Source: Okeania sp.
GTDB taxonomy: Bacteria; Cyanobacteriota; Cyanobacteriia; Cyanobacteriales; Microcoleaceae
Assembly: GCF_035285525.1 (NCBI RefSeq)
Contig: NZ_JAYKGW010000086.1
Coordinates: 1 to 32,000 of the forward strand
Direction: 5' to 3'
Length of the DNA stretch: 32,000 nucleotides
The notes below the pieces were generated by a model. That model was not told the DNA's origin and did no database searches. It saw only the letters and a program-made list of their open reading frames with translations. Numbering within the stretch: position 1 is the first letter of the stretch; every line of letters starts with the position of its first letter. Shown one piece after another: positions 25,229 to 32,000 of this stretch. The position numbers and the translations under genes are program-made.

Positions 25229-27019
25229 ATGTTTAATCCTCCTCCAGAAATATTTGAAAATCCCAGAGATTCTTATCATAATCCCTGGATTTTTGGTATC
25301 TTAATTATTGTTGTTATTTTCATATTTATAATTATGTATTCTGTAGAGTCTCAATCTAAGTTTTTAACCGATCCATTTCTCCAAGCTCCGACAAAAAATT
25401 CTGTGCAAGTTGTTTGGTTTACTGAATTTCCTGGCCAACGAAATTTGGTGTTTTATGGTGAAAATTTGACTCAAGTTGTTGAGGCAAATACTACTAAACT
25501 TAGTCGCACTCGTGAAGACCAAGATTCTTTTGTGGGAAAACAAATAGAAAAGGGTTTAATTTATCAACAACCTATGATGCGAGATATCTGGCGACATGAA
25601 GCTAAAGTTATTGATTTAATTCCTAATAATTCTGTGCCATATCAAGTTATTAGCGAACAGGAAAATGGGGAAAACATTAGCAGTAAAATTTTTAGTTTAG
25701 CTCCTAAACCAACTGCTGATCAACCTTTAAAAATTCTCCTAACTTCTGACCATCAATTAAAACCAATGACTTCTGCAAATCTGCAAAAGGTAACAGAAAC
25801 TTTTGATAAATTAGATGCTGTTTTTTTTGCTGGAGATTTAGTTAATATTCCGGATCGCTCTTCAGAATGGTTTGATGATAATCGAGGAAATGCTTTTTTT
25901 CCAAATCTCCAAGGTAGGGCTAATTATGAATTAGAAAAAAATGGGGAAAAAACTATTTATCAAGGTGGGGAATTAATTCAAAATATGCCTTTATTTCCAG
26001 CGATTGGCAACCATGAAGTTATGGGTATATTCTCGATGGAAAGTTCTTTAAATGATCAATTTAGTCAGCCATATCCTCTGGAAGTTGTGAAAAATTTATC
26101 TTCACAAAATACTGAAAATATTAATTCTGAGACTTGGTTAAAAAATAATTCTTTTAACACAGATACTTATCAAGAGATTTTTACTTTCCCTGAAAATAAT
26201 TCAGAGAAAAAAAATTATTATGCTGTGACATTTGGTGATGTTCGTTTAGTGGTTTTATACATTACAAATATCTGGCGATCGCCCAGTTTAGAGGATGATG
26301 CTAGAGGCAAATATCGGGAACGAAAAAAAGATTTTGATAATCCGGCTGAATGGGGTTATGGTCAACATATTTTTGAACCTATTATTAAAGGTAGTGAACA
26401 ATATAATTGGCTAGAAAAAGAATTAGCAAGTCAAGAATTTCAAGAAGCTAAATATAAGGTAGTTATGTTTCACCATCCGCCTCATTCTTTAGGTGAAAAT
26501 GCTATTCCTGCTTATACTAATCCCATTCAATATATTGACCGAGATAAAAATGGTAAAATTACCATGATTCGTTATGAATATCCTCAACAAAATGACTATA
26601 TTATTCGGGATGTTTTACCATTATTAGAAAGTGCTGGCGTGCAGTTAGTATTTTACGGACATTCTCATCTTTGGAATCGTTTTGTTAGTCCGAGTGGAAT
26701 GCACTTTTTAGAAACATCAAATGTGGGTAATAGTTATGGAGCTTATATAGGAGATAAAAAGCGAACTGTGCCTTTAAATTATCAGGAAAAATATGCTGAA
26801 GTTGGTAATCCTAATGGTTTAGAACCGATAATTCCAAGTATTGCACCTTTGCGAGATGAAAATGGTAAAGCTTTACCTTATATTGCTAGTAATGATATTA
26901 CAGTTTTTAGTATTTTTGAGACTGAAACAGGAACAGTTAGTAGTTATTATTTTGATACGAGAAAGCCTAATTCTGAAGTTGTAAAATTTGATGAATTTCA
27001 GCTTCAGAAAAAGGACTAA
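25229..27019 (+). CDS. Membrane-anchored metallophosphoesterase, purple-acid-phosphatase-like
   Basis: N-terminal TM segment WIFGILIIVVIFIFIIMY. PAP-type N-domain opening DPFLQAPTKNSVQVVWFTEF. Metallophosphoesterase motifs ILLTSDHQ, FFAGDLVN, AIGNHE, VVMFHHPP and FYGHSHLWNRF. The ATG at 25229 is preferred because the TTG at 25169 lies inside a repeat element. Confidence 0.85.
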   Translation: MFNPPPEIFENPRDSYHNPWIFGILIIVVIFIFIIMYSVESQSKFLTDPFLQAPTKNSVQVVWFTEFPGQRNLVFYGENLTQVVEANTTKLSRTREDQDSFVGKQIEKGLIYQQPMMRDIWRHEAKVIDLIPNNSVPYQVISEQENGENISSKIFSLAPKPTADQPLKILLTSDHQLKPMTSANLQKVTETFDKLDAVFFAGDLVNIPDRSSEWFDDNRGNAFFPNLQGRANYELEKNGEKTIYQGGELIQNMPLFPAIGNHEVMGIFSMESSLNDQFSQPYPLEVVKNLSSQNTENINSETWLKNNSFNTDTYQEIFTFPENNSEKKNYYAVTFGDVRLVVLYITNIWRSPSLEDDARGKYRERKKDFDNPAEWGYGQHIFEPIIKGSEQYNWLEKELASQEFQEAKYKVVMFHHPPHSLGENAIPAYTNPIQYIDRDKNGKITMIRYEYPQQNDYIIRDVLPLLESAGVQLVFYGHSHLWNRFVSPSGMHFLETSNVGNSYGAYIGDKKRTVPLNYQEKYAEVGNPNGLEPIIPSIAPLRDENGKALPYIASNDITVFSIFETETGTVSSYYFDTRKPNSEVVKFDEFQLQKKD

Positions 27020-27239
27020 AACAGATTCCAACAAGCGTGAAGTACATCCACATGGACAAGATGCCCGCACTGGTAAAATTTACAGCGAATTCCAATTTAG
27101 TGAGGTACATTCACGCCAGCAGGATGGAGGGTTCCCGAAAAATCGCACTGTTAAGATTTAACTATTAATACCTGTACTTCAGAGATTTGAATTGTTGCTT
27201 ATATTTAGCTGCTTTTCTCGTGACTAACCAGCTAAAATA

Positions 27240-27509
27240 ATGATAAAATTATCCTCTAAAATAAACAAGCTCAAAACTATGTCAGTTTACCACCAAATAC
27301 TCCATCAAGCTCAAAATTTAAGCTTAGATGAACAAGAGCATCTCTTAAAAGAGCTAGGTCACCTCATTGAGCAGAGGGCAAAAATTCAAAAACAAAACAA
27401 TAGTTATACTTCATCACCATTAAACTGAAAGCGATGGCAAGGTTTTCCCTCTAAAGGGGTTGATGGTCTGGAATTTCAGGTAAAAATCAGACAAAAATGG
27501 CATCAATAA
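27240..27509 (+). pseudogene. Small antitoxin-like gene interrupted by an in-frame TGA (27426-27428)
   Basis: The same frame continues after the stop as KRWQGFPSKGVDGLEFQVKIRQKWHQ*, ending at TAA 27507-27509. That stop overlaps the ATG of the PIN remnant by 13 nt, the usual antitoxin/toxin coupling. Likely true start MSVYHQILHQAQNLSLDEQEHLLKEL. Confidence 0.45.
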
Positions 27510-27547
27510 TCAATATCTTTATGGATACCAATATTATAATTTATTAG
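27497..27547 (+). pseudogene. Truncated PIN-domain (VapC-like) toxin remnant, 16 codons
   Basis: MASIINIFMDTNIIIY* carries the classic PIN N-terminal (I/V)F(L/M)DTN(I/V)(L/I)I motif and stops at TAG 27545-27547. No continuation appears in any frame. Confidence 0.45.
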
Positions 27548-27602
27548 TTCAAATGTTTGGTATAATTATCTCCTAATAAAATATCTAATTTTAGTATCTA
27601 AT

Positions 27603-28785
27603 ATGACTATGAATTTCTATCAAATGATTGAATCAAAGGTAAGTTGTGGAGATTTAAAAATCATTTGCATTATTTCTCCAGCTCGAGCAGGTTCAACATT
27701 TTTTATGAATGTCTTAGCTCAATCACCTTCAGTGCATGGCTTTATTAATCAACCTTTTCATTTAACTTATTCTTTTCCATATATACCTCCCCATAATCGT
27801 GAATAAATTGCTTATCAACGGATATGGGATAAATACTTAAAAGCCAGAAAAATACACTCTCAAAAAGTAATTACCCTGGTAATTAAGTGTATGGCACGCA
27901 ATCTAGGTATTGGGCAACAAGTCATCCGACTTCTTAAATTAATAGACAAACCTATTTTATTAATTCGCAATCCTTTTTTTGAGTATTGACTCCTTATTAA
28001 AAATGCAAGTAATTTCAATTGAGGATATGCCTGAAGCAACTCAAAATGATTTAGATACTTATGCTCTTCAAAAGGGTTTTATGGATAAGACAGGAAATAG
28101 AAATTATTGGCAAGTTTTACGAAATTTTATTTTAGAGACAAAGAATTACCAAGTGATTTCAGATTTGCTTATTGAAACTTTAGCTTTTATTGAGTTAAAT
28201 CAATATCAGATGAATATGGTTAATGATTATCAATATTGTTTTAATCACGATAACGATGGCGATAAAAACAATTTTTTTGCCTTGAGTTGGACAGGATGGT
28301 ATAACATGGCATTTACATATAAGCAGTATATCTCTGTAGCTTTAGACTACCTTGTGGTTGATTCAACTGTTCTCAGATGTATACCTGAAAAAGTTTGTCG
28401 TGAAGTAAGTCATGCTCTGGAAATAGAATACACATCATATATGATCGATGATTGGCAAGTAGTTGAAGAAAATATAATAGATGATGCAGTCATAAAGACT
28501 TCATAGATGAAACATTGTTATAATGAAGTCAAAAATAGTTCAGGAGTTAGACCTCCAAAAGAATCTCCTATTTCAATTAAACTTTTTCCAAATATTTTTC
28601 AAGATCATCTTTTAAATACAGCTTACCCAGTTTATGTTGCTTTATTTAAAGATAGCCATGCTATTCGTCCACATAGTTATGAAGAAACCCAAAATTTGCT
28701 GAATAAAACTATTACTAAAGATGGTAAAATTATGACGCAGATTGATATAATTTTTACAGCAGTAATTTTGGATTCATTGTACTAA
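27603..28785 (+). pseudogene. Sulfotransferase-like P-loop protein broken into four ORF pieces
   Basis: Piece 1 (27603..27806) ends at TAA 27804-27806. The same frame continues IAYQRIWDKYLKARK...ILLIRNPFFEY to TGA 27987-27989. A +1 shift at the T7 run 27974-27980 joins it to ORF 27979..28506. TAG 28504-28506 is followed in frame by ORF 28507..28785. ISPARAGSTFFMNVL (5'-PSB-like) and IRNPF.S.DS (3'-PB-like) suggest a sulfotransferase fold, but this family call is tentative. Confidence 0.55.
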
Positions 28786-29197
28786 ACAATGATATCATGT
28801 CCGGTAGGATCGTTTGTGTATAATAGAAAAGGAAAAAATAATTTCCCGCAGCGATCGCTACTCTTCAAGCACTTGACAAATCATCAGTAGGCTACCAACG
28901 AAAACAAGTGAGACCTGTTTGGGAGCGATCGCTGTTTCATTAAGTTGATACATTGCTCAAAAACTATATCTTCCATCTGGGACAAATTTTCAAAGTCAGT
29001 TGATTAAGACTGTAATTTATCGGAATAAGTATTCATTGCAAATTAATGGGAATCATATCATTATTAATGAACCAGGTGTATTAGTTAATCATTCTAATGT
29101 CTAATTTTCTAGATAACTATCTAATGTTCTAATTCTCCATTGATAATTATCCATTGTAAATTAAATAAAGTAAGGTTTTAACCATAAGTAATATTAA

Positions 29198-30274
29198 TTA
29201 TTCGTTATTAATTATCCCTCCTCCTAATAAAATATCTCCCTCATACCAAACCGCAGCTTGACCAGGAGTTATGCCAAAAACTGCTTCTTCAAACATTAAT
29301 TTAACTCGAAAACCTTCTTCTGATTTCTCTTCATTAATTCCCAAAGGAATAATATCTGCAACAACAGGTAAACTACGATATCTGACTTGCACTTTTGCCC
29401 GGATTGTGGTAGAGGGTGCAGCAATAGAAACCCAGTTAACCAACTTCACAGTACACTCCATTTTGGCCGCACTGTGGCGATCGCCCACTACTACGCGATT
29501 CATCACTGGGTCTAAATCAATCACATATAAAGGATGAGGGGCAGAAACTCCTAAACCTTTTCTTTGGCCAATTGTATAATGATGGACACCATCATGTTTT
29601 CCTAAGACTTTCCCTTCTTGGTCAACTATGTCACCTTGATGGGGAGTAATATATTTATCTAAAAATTCCCGCATCGAACCGCTCGCTTCTACCAGACATA
29701 AATCCTGACTTTCTGGTTTATCAGAAGTTTTCAAACCATATTCTGTGGCAATGCGTCGGGTTTCGCTCTTCACCATTTCCCCTAGTGGAAATACGGAACC
29801 CGCTAGTAAGTCTTGTGTTAAATCATACAAGAAATAAGATTGGTCTTTGTTTCGGTCAACGGCACGTTTTAATAGATAGCGATCGCTTGCTGAATCATAA
29901 TCAATTTTTGCATAATGCCCGGTGGCAATTTTGTCAATACCTAATTTTTCCCGACCATAAGCTAGCATCGGACCAAATTTAACAGTTTTATTGCATTGAG
30001 AACAAGGCAGTGGAGTGATTCCGGCGCTATAACCTGCGACTAAATAATCCACAATATTTGTCTGAAATAGTTCGCGAGTATCAACAATATGATGGGGAAT
30101 ACCTAATTGTTCACAAATATGGGCAGCATCAACCATACCATCGGAACAGCATTGACCTTTTCCTTTCATTAACCACAAAGTTAAGCCCTCGACTTGATAT
30201 CCTTGATGATGTAATATTGCTGCTGCTGTGGAACTATCTACTCCACCAGAAAGACCGACTATAATTTTATTCAT
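29198..30274 (-). CDS. mnmA: tRNA 2-thiouridine(34) synthase
   Basis: PP-loop [56 protein letters not shown] and GQRKGLG motifs. Confidence 0.95.
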   Translation of the reverse strand: MNKIIVGLSGGVDSSTAAAILHHQGYQVEGLTLWLMKGKGQCCSDGMVDAAHICEQLGIPHHIVDTRELFQTNIVDYLVAGYSAGITPLPCSQCNKTVKFGPMLAYGREKLGIDKIATGHYAKIDYDSASDRYLLKRAVDRNKDQSYFLYDLTQDLLAGSVFPLGEMVKSETRRIATEYGLKTSDKPESQDLCLVEASGSMREFLDKYITPHQGDIVDQEGKVLGKHDGVHHYTIGQRKGLGVSAPHPLYVIDLDPVMNRVVVGDRHSAAKMECTVKLVNWVSIAAPSTTIRAKVQVRYRSLPVVADIIPLGINEEKSEEGFRVKLMFEEAVFGITPGQAAVWYEGDILLGGGIINNE

Positions 30275-30350
30275 TGGATTTAAGATTATAAAGTCAAAAC
30301 TATATTTATTTATCTTAATTATAGATTTTTTTTCTATATTTAAAATTTAA

Positions 30351-30379
30351 GGGAGTAGGGAGTAGGGAGTAGGGAGTAG
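30351..30379. repeat. Heptamer array (GGGAGTA) x4, the reverse complement of the TACTCCC arrays at 4760-4872
   Basis: Read directly. Confidence 0.9.
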
Positions 30380-30777
30380 TTAAGAGTTAGGAAGAATAGT
30401 AGTTATATAGGAGGCAGAATTCAGCAATAAAGCCATGAACAATTAATAATTAATAATTACTCTTTCTTGAAAGAAGGGGATTGACTAATTATGAAAATTT
30501 TTGATTTATCCCCTTTAAAGGGGAGGCTTCCAAACGTTAATTGTTGAATAAATAATTATTGACTATCAACTATTAATTATTCGGTAAAAATGGTCTCTTG
30601 ATTTTTTGGTTTTAGTGAGCCTTTTATGCTAAATTAAAGAACCTTTTTGACCTAAAATATTAATCTTGAAAAGCTTTCATATTTAATCAACAAACCCTAA
30701 GTATTCAGCTATTAGCACTCAGCTTTTCCACAGGAAGAGCTTACCTGAAAATTAATGATTTATTTGAGTAACTAACT

Positions 30778-31626
30778 ATGCTAAATCAACCTCATATAAT
30801 ATTGTGCTACGAAAAAACAAAAATGTCATTATTACCAATTATGTTCGGAGGATTTTTAGTTTTGAGCTACCAGACATTATGCCTGGGAAAAGTCATCAAA
30901 ACTAAAACTTTAACCACCCATCCAAATCAAAACCAAAACACAATTTTTATCTCCAATAACAGCACATCAAAAAATCAAACACTGATAACACAAATTCCCA
31001 GATATCCAAGACCTCTGGAAAAATTACCATCATCAATTTTAACACCTTCAAATATACAACCAGAACCAATATTTAATCCTATCGAAACTAATCCATTTCC
31101 CTATTTACGATATGTTGTTTATGTTGAGTCAGCGAGTCCTATTTTGTTAGGAATTATTCGGCAGCAAGTTGAACCAAGGGCAGTATTACGCTCTTTGGGA
31201 GACGAAAAAGTTATTCAAGTCGGAAGCTTTTCTCAATTGTTTTTTGCATTAGATTTGTTAGATTTTTTAGAAGAGAAAGGTATTAATGGTAGATATAAAA
31301 GGTGGAATCCTGGAGAAGCATTTGGCGACCCTGTAACATCTACAACTTTAGCAACTACTGTATATCCTCCAGTTACTCATTCAATAGCTTATGGATTGAG
31401 CAATAAAAAACATTATTATCTACTAATTCCTAGTCGGTTAAAAGATTTAGATTTAATTACAAATAGATTGGGATTATTGGGAGTTCCTGACCAAGGTATT
31501 CAGATGACAGAAACACCAGAAAATGTGGCTATAGGACCTTTTGAAAATCAAGAAACTGCTGAAAAATGGCAACGTTATTTGTTAGACTCAGGATTTATTA
31601 ATGTTGTTATTTATAATGGTCGTTAG
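30778..31626 (+). CDS. Hypothetical exported or membrane protein with two SPOR-like repeats (tentative)
   Basis: Signal/TM-like MSLLPIMFGGFLVLSYQTLCLG (alternative start ATG 30823), then a Pro/Asn/Thr-rich linker. Two segments (YVVYVESAS...IQVGSFSQLFFALDLLDFLEEKGINGR and YYLLIPS...VAIGPFENQETAEKWQRYLLDSGFINVVIY) resemble the SPOR pattern. Confidence 0.5.
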   Translation: MLNQPHIILCYEKTKMSLLPIMFGGFLVLSYQTLCLGKVIKTKTLTTHPNQNQNTIFISNNSTSKNQTLITQIPRYPRPLEKLPSSILTPSNIQPEPIFNPIETNPFPYLRYVVYVESASPILLGIIRQQVEPRAVLRSLGDEKVIQVGSFSQLFFALDLLDFLEEKGINGRYKRWNPGEAFGDPVTSTTLATTVYPPVTHSIAYGLSNKKHYYLLIPSRLKDLDLITNRLGLLGVPDQGIQMTETPENVAIGPFENQETAEKWQRYLLDSGFINVVIYNGR

Positions 31627-31707
31627 AAGGAAGAGGGAAGAGGGAAGAGGGAAGAGGGAAGAGGGAAGAGGGAAGAGGGAAGAGGGAAGAGGGAAGAGGG
31701 AAGAGGG
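31627..31707. repeat. Heptamer array (GGGAAGA/GAAGAGG), about 11 copies, starting at the base after the stop codon
   Basis: Read directly: aaggaagagggaagagggaagaggg and so on, ending in gggagtaaat. Confidence 0.9.
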
Positions 31708-31936
31708 AGTAAATATTAGACATTTCTAATCATCAAAAATCAAATCAATTATTTCTATTTTATCCGATGGGAATGACACAACTATAGCAATCCTAAATTA
31801 GGTTGCGGGTAATCAAAAAGTAAACAAAAAAAACCGTAACTCTTACCTTTTCGATGTTCCCGAAAAAGCAGTAAGATTTTTGCCACGAATAAAATAGGAT
31901 TGGTCTAAAACAGCGCGTTACATTATTACATTATTA

Positions 31937-32000
31937 GGGGGAGGGGCGGGTTTATATAAATCTTAGAGTAACCGTGAAAATTTCTTCTAAAACCCGCCCC
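31937..32000. repeat. Hairpin element GGGGGAGGGGCGGGTTT - about 35 nt - AAAACCCGCCCC, cut by the window end. Same family and orientation as 275-343
   Basis: Arms at 31937-31953 and 31989-32000. Both copies share the GGGCGGGTTTA.ATAAAT opening. Confidence 0.8.

Noticed and set aside
26873-27070. ORF 26873..27070 (-)
   Set aside because: It is antisense to the metallophosphoesterase 3' end.
28949-29104. Open frame ending ...QSQLIKTVIYRNKYSLQINGNHIIINEPGVLVNHSNV* with no start codon
   Set aside because: It has about 51 codons, no initiation codon and no recognised family. It may be another gene remnant, but the evidence is insufficient to annotate it.
29271-30264. Plus-strand ORFs 29271..29537, 29785..29982 and 30058..30264
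   Set aside because: They are antisense within mnmA.
1-32000. tRNA, rRNA, transposase, integrase or reverse-transcriptase genes
   Set aside because: By eye I found no T-loop (GGTTCGAATCC-like) consensus, no rRNA-like stretch and no ORF with DDE, tyrosine-recombinase or RT motifs. The MITE-like repeats are non-autonomous. A formal tRNAscan or Infernal run would be needed to exclude small RNAs.

Overview
This 32 kb window looks like chromosomal DNA from a filamentous, Nostocales-type cyanobacterium. That placement is an inference from at least 22 exact HIP1 octamers (GCGATCGC) counted by eye, from STRR-like heptamer/octamer arrays, and from cyanobacterial marker genes (ycf23-like DUF561, a PCP-reductase-like small protein, DUF4058, Uma2). 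Housekeeping genes are folP, tpiA, miaB, hemC, rdgB, mnmA and one Opp/Dpp-type ABC permease. Accessory content sits between them: (1) a ~1315-aa secreted PLAT / pancreatic-type lipase / Calx-beta / RTX protein. (2) A three-gene STAND cluster at 20.3-24.9 kb, the main candidate for an undescribed system. It has an HTH-NB-ARC ATPase that stops right after its winged helix, followed by two paralogous TPR proteins with C-terminal membrane helices. (3) A mazEF-like toxin-antitoxin pair packed against a Uma2 nuclease-fold gene. (4) A membrane-anchored purple-acid-phosphatase-like metallophosphoesterase. (5) Four decayed loci broken mostly by in-frame stop codons: a GT2 glycosyltransferase, a VapBC-like TA remnant, a sulfotransferase-like gene and probably a hypothetical gene. 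Intergenic DNA is crowded with dispersed hairpin, MITE-like and tandem repeats, and no tRNA, rRNA, CRISPR array or transposase gene was seen. All coordinates and translations were derived by hand from the sequence and the ORF track. Family names come from remembered motifs, not from database searches.
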